Positions 20,098-31,271 of a stretch of DNA of 64,000 bases are shown in pieces. Source of the DNA: Trueperaceae bacterium (lineage in GTDB: Bacteria; Deinococcota; Deinococci; Deinococcales; Trueperaceae); assembly GCA_034521815.1 (NCBI GenBank), contig JAXHLW010000011.1, positions 32,001 through 96,000 of the forward strand, written 5' to 3'. Made by a program: the position numbers and the translations under genes. The first letter of the stretch is position 1. Each line of letters starts with the position of its first letter. Below the pieces are notes generated by a model. The model worked only from the letters and a program-made list of their open reading frames with translations. It was not told the origin of the DNA and did not search any database.

Positions 20098-21519
20098 TCA
20101 ACGCCACGGGAAGCCCATCGCCTTCCAGCCGGTCCGCATCGTCCGCAGCAGGTCGCGGGTGCGCCACGAGTCGGCCTCCGGCACCCGGCGCAGCCACGTC
20201 CACGCCATCATCCGGAGCACGCCCGACACCACGAACAGCCAGTGGTACGCGGTCCAGGTCCCGCCGAACACGGGCGCCTCGAACCTCCCGAGCGTCACGA
20301 GCAGCGGTCCCGAGAGCACGCCCCCCAGGAAGCCGGTGACGCCGGTGCCCAGGCTGTACATGGCGATGAACACCACACGGTTCGTTCGCGGCGCCGAGAC
20401 CAGGGCCAGGTTGAAGATCGCGGGACCGATCGCGCCCCACGCCACGGCGTCGAACACGGCCGACAGCCAGATCCACTCGACGCGGCCCGTGAAGCCGGCG
20501 ACGATCCAGGAGAAGGGCAACAGCGCCCCGGTCAGGAAGGTGCCGATCGCCAGAACGCCCTTGTTGCCGACCCGGTCGGCGACGCGGCCCCAGCCGCTCG
20601 TCGTCCCCAGCGCGGTGATGGCGGCGATGGACGACCAGACGGCGATCTGCGTGAAGCTGAGACCCAGCTCGCCCAAGAAGTAGGGCATGACGAACGGCGA
20701 GGCCAGCATCACCACGAACTGCCAGTAAAGCGCGAACACCAGGAAGCGCCGGAACCCCGGCTCCCGCCACGGCAGCGTGACCAGATCGCGCCAACGAACG
20801 CGCTCCCGCGTGGTGGGCGGATCGAGCTGCGCGAGGTAGATCCCGACGCCCACCAGCGCGATCGCGACCGAGGCGACCAACACGGCCTGGAACGAGAACG
20901 GCGCACCCACCCGGTCCAGGAACGCCCCCGCAGCGAGGTTCGCGACCATCGCGACGACGCCGACGATGCCCGCGCGGAGCCCGAAGTAGCGGCCGCGCTC
21001 GCGCTCGGGCACGACGTCGCCCATCCAGGCGGCCCAGAGCGTGCCGTTCGCCGCCAGGAAGAAGCTGCTCACCAGGACCAGCACGATCAACGCCGGCGGA
21101 CGCCAATCGTCCGGCATGGGCACGAGCGGCAGCGAGGCCGCCAGCAGCCAGGTCGTGCGCGAGGCCAACGCCATCGCCACCGTCAACGCCTTGCGGCGCC
21201 CCAGCACCGCGGCCAAGAACGCCACGCCCGGGCTGGCGACCTGCGCCAGCAGCGGCACCGAGCCCACCAGCGCGATCTCGGCCGGCGACGCCCCGAGGTG
21301 CAGCATGAACCCGATCAGCACGCTCCCCGACGTCCAGTTCAGGAACACCTGGGTGAGCGATCCCTCGACGACGGAGAGCCGCATGGTGCGCCGGACCTGG
21401 CGCCGAACGCCCGGCTCGAGGTCGTCCAGCCGAGCCGCGGCGCCCGGGGGCGGCGGCAGCCGGGGAGCGTCGTCAGGAGAAGGGTGAGGAGAGGCGTCGG
21501 GAGCAGGATCGCGCGTCAT
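20098..21519 (-). CDS. MFS transporter
   Basis: About 12 TM; WMGDVVPERERGRYFGLR and WGRVADRVGNK motifs. Confidence 0.85.
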   Translation of the reverse strand: MTRDPAPDASPHPSPDDAPRLPPPPGAAARLDDLEPGVRRQVRRTMRLSVVEGSLTQVFLNWTSGSVLIGFMLHLGASPAEIALVGSVPLLAQVASPGVAFLAAVLGRRKALTVAMALASRTTWLLAASLPLVPMPDDWRPPALIVLVLVSSFFLAANGTLWAAWMGDVVPERERGRYFGLRAGIVGVVAMVANLAAGAFLDRVGAPFSFQAVLVASVAIALVGVGIYLAQLDPPTTRERVRWRDLVTLPWREPGFRRFLVFALYWQFVVMLASPFVMPYFLGELGLSFTQIAVWSSIAAITALGTTSGWGRVADRVGNKGVLAIGTFLTGALLPFSWIVAGFTGRVEWIWLSAVFDAVAWGAIGPAIFNLALVSAPRTNRVVFIAMYSLGTGVTGFLGGVLSGPLLVTLGRFEAPVFGGTWTAYHWLFVVSGVLRMMAWTWLRRVPEADSWRTRDLLRTMRTGWKAMGFPWR

Positions 21520-21734
21520 GCAGCGCGAAGTCTACGCCACCTGCGGACGGCGTGCACGGCTCGGGCGATCGACGACCGTCTCACGGTGTCGAAGCGCTCC
21601 GGGTCGAGCCCCGGCTCGAGCAGCCCGCGAACGAGCTCGCCGACGGACGGCGCCGGCAGGGCGGCGGACGCCGGACCGGACGCGCCGATCCCGAGCGCGT
21701 CTCGCACCGCCGACCGAGCGTGGGCAGGGCTCGC

Positions 21735-22385
21735 TCAGCGCACCGCCATGTCGGGAAGCGACCGGACGACGTGCGGCGTGATGGCGCGCGCCGCGCCTGC
21801 GTCGACCACGCCGTTCGTGACGAACAGGCAGGTCGCTCCCGCCGCGATCGCCGCCCGCGCGCCGGCCTCGCTGTCCTCGACCACCAGGCAGCGATCCGCC
21901 GAGACGCCCAGGCGCCGCGCCGCCAGCAGGTAGCCGTCGGGCTCCGGCTTGCCGCGCGCCACGTCCTCGACCGAGATCCGGACGGGCAGGTGCGCTGCCC
22001 AGGCGTGCGGCTCCAGCGAGGCGCGGATCATCGCGTGCGGCGAGTTCGACACCACCGCCCGCGGCACGCCCGCCGCGGCGACCTCCTCGACCCAGACCGC
22101 GGCGTTGGGCATCGGACGCGCACGCCCCAGCGCCTCGACGAGGTCCTGGACGACGCGCTCCCAGAACGCGTCCGGTTCGCCCACGAGGCCGTAGCGGGTC
22201 TGCAGGATCGCCGTCGACGTCGCGCGATCCTTTCCGTGCAGCGAGGCGTGGGCGCTCTCCGGCAGGTCGCCGCCGAACTCGGGCACCACCGCGCGAAGCA
22301 CCTCGAACCAGATCGGCTCGCTGTCGACCAGGGTGCCGTCCATGTCGAACAGCACGGCACCGTAGTCACGAGGGTCCAGCGTCAT
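21735..22385 (-). CDS. HAD family phosphatase
   Basis: Motif I FDMDGTLVDSE, VVSN, GKPEPDGY, VVEDS. Confidence 0.92.
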   Translation of the reverse strand: MTLDPRDYGAVLFDMDGTLVDSEPIWFEVLRAVVPEFGGDLPESAHASLHGKDRATSTAILQTRYGLVGEPDAFWERVVQDLVEALGRARPMPNAAVWVEEVAAAGVPRAVVSNSPHAMIRASLEPHAWAAHLPVRISVEDVARGKPEPDGYLLAARRLGVSADRCLVVEDSEAGARAAIAAGATCLFVTNGVVDAGAARAITPHVVRSLPDMAVR

Positions 22386-22434
22386 CGCGTCGACTCTCCT
22401 TCTCGGGCGTGACGTCTCGGGACGGCGGTGGGGG

Positions 22435-25400
22435 TCATGCCACCTTCAGGGGAAGCGGTACGCGTCTCGCGAGGAGCCACGCGAAGTCCTCCTCGCTGAG
22501 GGGGACGCTGAAATAGTACCCCTGACCCATCGAGCAGCCCAGCGCGAGAAGCGCGTCGCGCTGTTCTGGACGCTCGATCCCTTCGGCGATCACCGTGGCG
22601 CCGATGGACGAGGCGATCTTCAGGACGGACGCGGCGATGTCGCGGCTGTACGGGTCGTCCGGCAGGCCGTGCACGAACGCGCGATCGATCTTGATGTCGT
22701 CGAACGGATAGTCCTTGAGGTACGCCAGCGACGAGTAGCCGGTGCCGAAGTCGTCGAGAGACAGCTTCACGCCCAGCGCGTGAAGCGCGTCGAGCTGGTC
22801 GCGTAGACGGGCCCGTTCGTCGGCGAAGACGCTTTCGGTGAGCTCGAGCGTGAGGCTGCTGGGCGGCACGCGGTGGCGCGCCAGGATCTCTTCGACGTCC
22901 ATCAGGAACTCGCGGTCGGCCAGCTGCTCGACACTGACGTTCACGGCGATCTGGACGATGTCCAGACCGTCGTCCTGCCATGCACGAAGCGTCTTGCAGG
23001 CGCGATCGAGGACCCAGCGTCCGATCGGCACGATCAGATGGCTCGTCTCCGCGACGGGGATGAACGCTCCGGGCGAGAGGAATCCCCGAGCTGGATGGTT
23101 CCAGCGGATCAGGGCCTCGCCCGCGACGAGGCGACCGCTGGCCAGCTGGACCTTGGGCTGGAAGTGGAGCTCGAACTCGTCGTTCTTGAGCGCTTCGCGA
23201 AGCTCGTTGGCGAGCTCGACGCGACCTCGTGCCGCCCGGTCCAGATCGGACGTGTAGGCCTGACCGTTCGTAGGCGACCCGAAGCGACTGGCGTGCAGGG
23301 CCACCTCGGCTTCGCGTAGCAGCCCACCTGGAGGCCGAGGCTCGGCCCCGAGGCGGGTGTAGCCGTAGTGGGCGCTGACGTCGAGCTCGAACCCGTCGAT
23401 CACGAACGGCTCGTCGAACGAGCCGTCCCGGTTTCCGAACAGCTCGACGCTCAGCGACGCCTCAGGTGCGAGGTCCGGGAGGAGCACGGCGAACGCGTCG
23501 CCGCCGGTCCGCGCGACCAGCCCGTCCGGACCGGCCGTGGCCGCCAGCCGATCACCGATCGCCCTCAGCAGGGCGTCGCCGATCGCGAAGCCTTGGGATT
23601 CGTTCACGTTGCGCAGCTCGACGAGGTCCAGCGCGACCAGGACGGCTCGCTCGGGCCACGGGACGCTGGTCCAGGTAGCTGGTCAGCTCGCGAGCGAGCC
23701 CGTCGCGCGTCAGGTAGCCCGTGAGAGGATCCTCGAACGCGATTCGTTCCAGAGCCGCTTCGGCACGCTTGGCTTCGGTGACGTCGATGTGCATGACGAC
23801 CGCGCCCTCGAGCTCGGCATCGGTCCGAAGCGGCGTGGCCGCCAGACGGAACCACCGCTCCTCGCTGGGCGAATGGCACGGGTACTCGTACACGAACGAC
23901 GACCGCTGGTCCGCGAGGACGGCGCGCAGCCCGGCCGCCACCTGAGCGCCAGAGCCTGCGTCCTTGCCGCGGGCCGCGTCGCATACCTGCAGGTAGCTGA
24001 CGCCGACCTGATCGTCGTCGGCATCGTTGTCATCCGCGAACGTCCGCCAGCGGTCGTTCACGCTGGTGATCACACCCGACGCGTCCAGGACAGCGATGTT
24101 GGCGGGAAGCGAGTCGATGAGAGCCTTCCTGGTCGTGAGCTCATTGGCGAGGTGGGCCTCCTGGCTCCGCAGCCGCTCCACCATGTCCCGGCGTACGGTC
24201 ACGTCCCGCAGCCCGACGGCGAGGCCCTCCCCGGTCGGATCCACCCAGATCTCGAGCCAGCGGCCGGTCGTCGGATCGAAATCGTCGAAACGTGTCGAGA
24301 CGCCGTCGTCCATGGCGCGCCTGATCTCGTCGCCGATACGGCTTTTCATCACGCCCGGCAACACGTCGTCGAGCAGCCTGCCGGCGACGGCCGTGTCGTG
24401 CCAGAGCTCGGCGATGCGGATCGCCGCGCTGTTGGCGAAGGTGATCCGCAAGGCGTCGTCGATGAGGACGAAGCCGTCGTTGAGCCGCTCCAGCGTGGCG
24501 CGCAGGCGGTGGTCGAGCTGGTGCGCCCGAAGCTCCGCCCGCTTGCGGGCGTCGACGTCCTGGAACGCTCCCTGCACGCCGGTGATCCGGCCGGAGGCGT
24601 CGCGCACCGGCTCGCCCGTCGTTCGGACCCAGATCCGCCGGCCGGTCGCGGTGACGATCTGCAGCTCTTCGTCGTACGGCACGCCGTCGCGCACGGCGCG
24701 CTCGTACGCGGCCCGAATCCGGTCGCGATGCTCGGGCGCGTAGAACACGATCGCTTCAGCGACCGTCGGCCGCGTGCCGAGCGGCACCTCGTGAATCTCG
24801 CAGACCCGGTCCGACCAGGTCAGCGCCTGCGTCCGGGCGTCCACGTGCCACCCGCCGAAACGTGCGATGCGGCTCGCGATCTCCATGACGCGGCGCTGCT
24901 CGTCCAGCGCCGCCTGGGCCTCGACACGCTCCGTGACGTCCTGGATGACCCCCGCGACGTACATCGGGCGGCCTTCCTCGTCACGCTCGACGTCACCACC
25001 GATGTGGACGTGACGATCCTCGCCCTGCCCGGACCGCATCCGGAACGTGTCGTACGTCGGCCCTCGTCCGCCTGTCACGGTGGCATGCAGCGCCTGATAT
25101 CGATCCGCGTCGTCGGGATGGATCATCTCCCGAACCTGGTCCACCGTGGGCGGCGCGGCGTCGGGAGCGAGGCCCAGAATCCGGAGCACCTCGGCAGACA
25201 CCTCGAGCTGGCCCGAGTCGACCGTTCGGCGCCACGAGCCGATGCGGCCGATCCGCTGCGACTCGAGCAGCATCGCGGCGTGCCCCTGGAGCTCCTGCTG
25301 CCGGTCGTGCAGCTCCTGTTCGGCCGCGTCGCGCCGATCGAGCATCGCGTTCAGGGCGGCGCCCAGCCGCGCCATCTCGTCGCGGCCCAGCACGTTCGCC

Positions 25401-26071
25401 CTGGCGGAGGCGTCGCCGAGGCCCACCCGGTCCATCACGCGGACCAGCTGCGCCGTGGGTCGCCCGAGGCGCCGATACAGGAACCACGACGCCGCCAGGC
25501 TCAGGAACGCGAACAGCACCGCGAAGCCTCCGAGCGCACGCGATACCCTCGCTACGGTCGCGTCGGCCTCGAGGTGCCGTTCACGGACCAGCTCGGCCAC
25601 GACGTTCTCGATCGTCACGCCGAACGCGGCCATGCGCGTCAATGTGGCGGCCGCCGGCTCCGTCACGCCGAGCACGCCTTGCGTCGGACCGAGGAGCGTG
25701 GAACCATTCGCGCGAGGACGATCGAACGCGTCGGCGGCCAGCTCCGCCATCTCGTCGAGGGCCGCGACCGCTCGCTGGGCCGCAGGCAACGCGTCCTCCA
25801 TCTCGGTCAGCTCGGACCGGACCCGCCTGAGCCGGGTCAGGAACGCCGGCAACGACGCCTCGTCGACGGCGTCGACCAGGAGCGCGTCGGCGGCCACCGA
25901 AAGCTCCGCGACGCGCACCTGCAACCCCGTGAGCGTCTCGACCTGAGCTATGTGGTCGCGCGACTGCTGCGACGCCCAGAGGGCGAGCACGATCAGCGCG
26001 ACGCAGCCGACGAAGCTCAGAGCCGTCACGATCCGGGCGACCGCGACCATGCTGACGGGACGGGCGTTCAC
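22435..26071 (-). CDS. TM-HAMP-multi-PAS-GGDEF(degenerate)-EAL c-di-GMP phosphodiesterase, frameshift near 23640
   Basis: Two TM segments and HAMP (GRDEMARLGAALNAML), several PAS/PAC, degenerate GGDAF, EAL (GEALIRW, LDDFGTGYSSL, IKIDRAF, AEGIE). Confidence 0.87.
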
Positions 26072-26581
26072 GCGGATCCCGTCACGGGCGTCGTCGTCGA
26101 CGTCGTCGTCGGCTTCGTCACGGCCCGCTGGTCCGGTGTCCTGGCCTGCCCGGCGACGCTCACCCCGCCCGTGACGCGTCCGATGACGCGTCGCACGGTG
26201 GCGCGGGTGAACGCTGACTCGTTGCCATGGTGGACGGACGATATGTCATTCGATGGCACGGAGTCCTTACAAGCGACGCATCTGCTCACGACGCCAGCCT
26301 CCGTCCGCTTCAGGTGGTCCGGTCCACCGCACAGTGCTTTGGCACGTGCTCCACGATTGCGCATCCCCCGCCCGACACGAGCAACGTAGCAACCCGCGGC
26401 ACCGCCGGGCGTGGACATGACCACATCGCGACGCCGCCCACGCCGGCATGCGAGCACCCCTGCGGGTGTCGTCGCCGCAGGGGTGCCCATCGCCTCGCTC
26501 AGGCCGCTCGCTCAGGCCGCGCGCTCATGCATCGAGCGCCCACACGTGTGCAGCACGTACGGACGTTCGACGCGCCGAGGA

Positions 26582-27319
26582 TCAGCCGCCCAGCTTGATC
26601 GTGCTTCCCTTCGACGTCAGCGTGAAGTCGACCGTGTAGCCCCCGATGGTCGTCTCCGACTCGATTTCGATCGCGACGCGGAAGGTGCCACGGTTGGGCG
26701 TCTCGGTGTCGCGAAGCATGAGGATCGACACGAGGCGTTCCAGGTCGTCACGATCGGTCAGCTCCACGTCCAAGACGTCCTCCAGCGGGGCCGATCCGAC
26801 GTACGCGTAGGTGCACGCGAATGCACCGCACGTTTCCAGCTCGAACGGCAGGTCCAGATCGACGTCCGTCGTGAACGACACGTCGCCGTTCACGTCGTCC
26901 TGCAACGTGCCTTCCACCACGGCGCGCGTGACGGTGAACCCAGCCGGGGAGTCGGTGGCCAAGGTGCCGGTCGGGACGCTCAGCGTCACCGATTCCTGGA
27001 GCCCGGCGTTGGTGTGGAAACCGGCGAGACTGAAGCCGCGCAGGTTCTCGTCCAAGTCGGGAACGTCGAAGCTGCGGGTCACGTCGAGATGGCTGGTGCT
27101 CTGCGCCGAGAGCCCGCCATCGTCCAGCGTGGCGGTGACCGCCTGGCCGTCGACGCCCAGCGGATCGCCGACCTCCAACGGTGGCACGAACGCGGCCACC
27201 AGGCCGCAGGCGCTGAGCAGCGTCGCAGCGGCGGTGATGCCGATCGCGACCGCGAGCCTTCGCGGACGGTGTTCACGGGTCGTGGATCGTGGTGCGGGTC
27301 GTAGTGTCGAACGGATCAT
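26582..27319 (-). CDS. Hypothetical acidic lipoprotein
   Basis: RBS GAGGAGG, lipobox TLLSAC, beta-rich acidic mature part. Confidence 0.7.
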   Translation of the reverse strand: MIRSTLRPAPRSTTREHRPRRLAVAIGITAAATLLSACGLVAAFVPPLEVGDPLGVDGQAVTATLDDGGLSAQSTSHLDVTRSFDVPDLDENLRGFSLAGFHTNAGLQESVTLSVPTGTLATDSPAGFTVTRAVVEGTLQDDVNGDVSFTTDVDLDLPFELETCGAFACTYAYVGSAPLEDVLDVELTDRDDLERLVSILMLRDTETPNRGTFRVAIEIESETTIGGYTVDFTLTSKGSTIKLGG

Positions 27320-27960
27320 GGTGCCTCCTCGGTGGGATGGACATCTCCACCGAGGAGGCCCGTCGCTGGCCGTATCGGCTCGGAACGGGTTCTCTCCTGC
27401 GATGGCCGGTTGCGCTACTGGCTCCGCCTGCTCCAAGCGCCCAAGTACGGAACAGGCTTCATCGCCGCCATCGAACGACGTCCTGTGAAGCTACGCGGCC
27501 GTGCTGCTACGCAGCGCAGGGACGCGTCCACGCTACGCGCAGGGATCGCACGGGCTTCTTACATCGGCGCGTGGCCGGCATCGACGCGCTCCCCGTAGTC
27601 GCCGGGGCGCACGACGCTGGCTTCGAACAGGCGCCTGACATGATCGATCATGACGCGCGATCCGGGTTGGCGTCGGCGCCGACGACGAGCTGCAATGTGG
27701 TGACGTCCTTCATGGACGGTCCTGTCCATCGTCGCGCGAATCGAGCAAAAACTCAGCTTTTCCGGGTCGCTCGGCTTCCGGGTCGAGGGCGGTCACCTGC
27801 CGGTCTTCGCGAACCGACGACGGCAGCCTCCGAATCGAGTGCCGTTCGCCCCCCTGGAGCGACGTCGAAAGTGTGCCACGTCACGCTCACGTGACTCTTC
27901 GTGGTCGAGCCGGCCGACGAGGACGTGCCACGCGTCGGTCGTTGCCGCGAGTGGTCTTCG

Positions 27961-29090
27961 CTACTCCCCGCGCGGGCCTGTCGCGCCGTCAGGCATGCGG
28001 TCAGGCACGCCGTCGGCCACGACCTGGTTCCGACCACGGTCCTTCGCCGCGTACACGGACAGGTCGCCAGGCGAATCCGGCTGATCGCCGACTCGGTCGG
28101 GCGCAGCTCGGCCACGCCGAAGCTGGCGGTCACGCTCTCCTTGCCGGGGAGACGCAGGTCGAGCTCTGCGATCGCCTGGCGGCAGACGCTCCGCCGTTCA
28201 GGGTCCGCGTCCGCCGGGGACATCCCTCCTCCCGGGAGGACGACGACGAACTCCTCCCCGCCCCAACGGGCCACGGTGTCGTGGCCACGCACCGTCCGCT
28301 GCGCGACGTTCGCGATCGCCTTCAGGACGCGATCGCCGACGCTCGTGACCGTAGCGGTCGTTGACCTGCTTGAAGCGGTCGAGATCGAACCACGCCACCG
28401 ACATGGGGTGCTCGTAGCGGCGAGCGCGCTCGACCTCCTGCTGCAGCCGCTCCTCGGCGCCCCTCCGGTTCATCAGGTCCGTCAGCGCGTCGCTGGTCGC
28501 CAGCGACGCCATCGTCGAGGCCCGTTCCCGCTCCGCGCTCGTGACGCGTACGATTCCGCCGATCAGCACCAACACGCTCGCTTGCACCAGCACCACCTCG
28601 ATCAACGTCGTCTGGGTGCCGAGCGTCGAGAATCCGTCGATCGCGAGCAGGGCGACGGAGGCGACGACGAGCGCCGCCCAGGCACCCCACGCCACGAGCC
28701 CTGCCGCGCGTGCCGACAGCGCCAGATGCGCGAAGCCCGCGATGGCCGCGGTCCACATCGCGATTCGGACCGCGCCGTCGACGTCGCCTTCGCCTTGGCC
28801 CAGGCTCGCCGCCACGACCGCGGCCAGCGCCACCACGAAGGCGACGACGGCGGCCGCGACCAGCGATCGCTCGAACGCCCGGGGCACGCTTCGACGCACC
28901 GCCATGACGCCCGCGGACGCCGAAGGAGCACCACGCCGACGATCACCGCGACCAGCCAGTTCGCGGTGGACCGGGAGTCGTCGAACGACCCCGCGATTCC
29001 CACCAGGAGCGCCGCGACGCCCCCGACCGGTAGGACCACGAGGTAGATGCTCCGTTTGAGGACCGCAGTGCGAGACGGTTGCGACGGCAT
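27961..29090 (-). CDS. Membrane-bound diguanylate cyclase (GGEEF), several frameshifts (possibly a pseudogene)
   Basis: TM region; DALTDLMNRR, DLDRFKQVND, RGHD..GGEEF, VTASFGVA, ..YAAKDRGRNQV distributed over different frames. Confidence 0.75.
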
Positions 29091-29180
29091 GACGCGCCAA
29101 AGGTAGCACGGGCGCTCCTCGCGCGAAGGGGCGTCACGCTGGGGTGGCGCCTGCTGCCGCCGTCCTGTCTTCTGTGACGC

Positions 29181-29224
29181 CTTTACGGCGCCTTTACGCG
29201 GGCTTCACGCTTCGCCGCTATGCT
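29181..29224 (+). promoter_or_regulatory. Three direct repeats at 11-bp period followed by a -10 box, upstream of the LuxR-type gene
   Basis: CTTTACG (29181), CTTTACG (29192), CTTCACG (29203); TATGCT at 29219-29224. Confidence 0.45.
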
Positions 29225-29274
29225 GGTGGCGACGTCCGGCGCCGATCCGGCCCGGGACGCGAAGGAGAGCTTGC

Positions 29275-29913
29275 GTGCGCCACGTCCTCATCTGCGACGC
29301 CGAACCGATGTTCCGCTACGGACTCGCCCACCAGCTGGCGCGCCGTGGCTGGACGGCGAGCGTCGCCGAGGCCGGCACGGTGGCCGAGGGGATCGCGTCC
29401 GCCCGCGAAGCTCCGCCTGCCGTGATCGTGGCTGACGCGGTTCTGCCCGATGGCCCCATCGACGATCTGCTGGCGGACCCGTCCGTGCGCAGCGCTGGGC
29501 CCCGTGTGATCGTGGTTCCGTCCGACGCGGACAGCGCCCCGCCCCGCGGCGAGCCGGTTCACGCCGTCCTTCCACGCCACACCGGCGTCGAGCGGCTCAT
29601 CCGCGCCATGGGACCGGAACAGGAGGACGGACCTTGCCTGCCCGAACGCCAGCGACAGGTCCTGGCCCTCGTCTGCCGCGGCTGGTCGAACCGTTCGATC
29701 GCCGAGGAGCTGGGCATCCGCGAGAAGTCCGTTCGCAACTGTCTCACGCGGGCCTTCCGCAGCCTCTCCGTCCAGAACCGCACGCAGGCAGCGATGCACG
29801 TCCTGAACAGCGGCCTTCGGCCCGTCGCACCCCCCGCCGCGTCACCCGCCGCGCCACCTTCGGGCGGCGATGGCCGCACGCATCACGCACGGCCCATCCG
29901 CTCGATCCGGTAG
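29275..29913 (+). CDS. NarL/LuxR-family response regulator with atypical receiver domain
   Basis: VLICDAEPMFRYGL receiver start; HTH LPERQRQVLALVCRGWSNRSIAEELGI..NRTQAA; RBS AAGGAG. Confidence 0.85.
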   Translation: MRHVLICDAEPMFRYGLAHQLARRGWTASVAEAGTVAEGIASAREAPPAVIVADAVLPDGPIDDLLADPSVRSAGPRVIVVPSDADSAPPRGEPVHAVLPRHTGVERLIRAMGPEQEDGPCLPERQRQVLALVCRGWSNRSIAEELGIREKSVRNCLTRAFRSLSVQNRTQAAMHVLNSGLRPVAPPAASPAAPPSGGDGRTHHARPIRSIR

Positions 29914-31084
29914 TCGACGCAGGCTTCGCCTCGCCGGTCGGCGCGTGCGTCCTCAGCGCAACGACGACGTCGACGAAGGCGTCGATCAGCTCCGGATCGA
30001 ACTGCTCGCCCGCTTGCGCCACGAGCTCGGCGACGGTCTCGTCGTGCGTCCAGGCTCCCTTGTACGGTCGTTCGCTGGTGAGCGCGTCGTAGACGTCGAC
30101 GAGGCTGAACATGCGCGCCAGCAGCGGAATCTCGGAGCCGGCTAGCCGGTCGGGGTAGCCGTGGCCGTCCCAGCGCTCATGGTGACTACGGACCACCTCC
30201 CTGGTACCGGGCGAGAGGAACGGAATGTCGCGGCACATCTCGATCCCGATGACGGTGTGCCGGCGGATGTGCTCGAACTCGTCGTCCGTGAGCCGGCCCG
30301 GCTTCAGCAGGATCCCGTCGGGGATGGCGACCTTGCCGAGGTCGTGCAGGTACGCGCCCCAACGGAGCGCCTGCAACGTCGGCTCGTCCATCCCGAGCTT
30401 CTCGCCGAACGCGACCGCCAGCGCGACGACGCGGTCGGTGTGCCCCTTCGTCTCGTAGTCGCGGTACTCCAGGGCGACGCCCAGCGCCCGGAGGGTGGCT
30501 TCGTGCTGAGCTCGCTCCCGCTCGAGCAGGTCGAGATTGCGCACGGCGATGGCGGCCAGCGTCGCCGTCATCATCAGGCCCGGCGTGTGCTGGTCGCGAA
30601 AGGCCGCGAGCTCGGGGCTCTGCACCTCGATCGCGCCGAAGACGCGTCCTTCGAGGCCGAACGGCACGGTCAGGCTGGAGCGTGGCGGGTTCTCTTCGAA
30701 ATCGCTGCCGGTGTCGACGCGCGGCAGGCCTGCCGTGGCGACGGCCAGGTCGGGCGTGTTCACCACCTCGCCGCTGCGAATGGCGCGGCTCTGCGGACCC
30801 TGGTTGAGCGGGAGGTCGGGGAACTTGGTGAGATCGACGTTCTCCTCCAAGATCAGGTCGCCAGCGGCGTCGACCACGATGTCGGCCGAGTAGACGCAGC
30901 GGCGCATGCCGGTACCGGGTAGGTAGAGGACGACGAAGATCCCCGTGGCGGGCGAGGTACGAGCAGCGAAGCGCGTCAGGGCGCGGAACACCTCGCGCAT
31001 CGAGCGCGCAGCGGCGATTCCCTGCGCGACCGTCGCGACCGGCTCCAGGTCGTTGCTCGGGAGGGGGATGGGCTCGTAGTCCAT
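29744..31084 (-). CDS. GAF + HD-GYP phosphodiesterase
   Basis: HTDRV, LHDLGK, HHERWDGHGYP, DVYDALTSERPYK. Confidence 0.92.
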   Translation of the reverse strand: MDYEPIPLPSNDLEPVATVAQGIAAARSMREVFRALTRFAARTSPATGIFVVLYLPGTGMRRCVYSADIVVDAAGDLILEENVDLTKFPDLPLNQGPQSRAIRSGEVVNTPDLAVATAGLPRVDTGSDFEENPPRSSLTVPFGLEGRVFGAIEVQSPELAAFRDQHTPGLMMTATLAAIAVRNLDLLERERAQHEATLRALGVALEYRDYETKGHTDRVVALAVAFGEKLGMDEPTLQALRWGAYLHDLGKVAIPDGILLKPGRLTDDEFEHIRRHTVIGIEMCRDIPFLSPGTREVVRSHHERWDGHGYPDRLAGSEIPLLARMFSLVDVYDALTSERPYKGAWTHDETVAELVAQAGEQFDPELIDAFVDVVVALRTHAPTGEAKPASTTGSSGWAVRDACGHRRPKVARRVTRRGVRRAEGRCSGRASLPACGSGRRGCGRPA

Positions 31085-31271
31085 GTCGATTCTCGTAGTG
31101 TCCCACGCTCGGCCCACGCGAGGTTCGGCATCTGCGGGGATCGCCACCGTGCCTTGCAGCGCCGACCCGAAGCACCCGCGCATCGCGCGCCGGTAGCTTG
31201 TGCGACACGGGTGGTACGCTCACCGCCAACGAACCACGAACCACGAACGCAGCGCATTCGACCACCGGGGG

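Noticed and set aside
21516-21707. 63-aa ORF between the HAD and MFS genes
   Set aside because: No SD or recognisable motif, and its end contains the MFS -10 box.
23537-26389. Very long antisense or alternative-frame ORFs (e.g. 950 aa here, 1094 aa at 36314-39598, 854 aa at 44656-47220)
   Set aside because: Shadow ORFs caused by high GC and codon bias opposite well-supported genes; R/A/G-rich with no motifs.
27320-27960. Long intergenic region with short CTACGC repeats and a GTCACG-N4-CGTGAC palindrome; considered as ncRNA or CRISPR-like array
   Set aside because: No regular repeat-spacer periodicity or recognisable RNA motif; short GC palindromes are expected by chance.
29744-29913. 170-nt antisense overlap of the HD-GYP and LuxR 3' ends
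   Set aside because: Both tails are low-complexity extensions beyond the conserved domains; likely stop-codon drift or an indel artefact.
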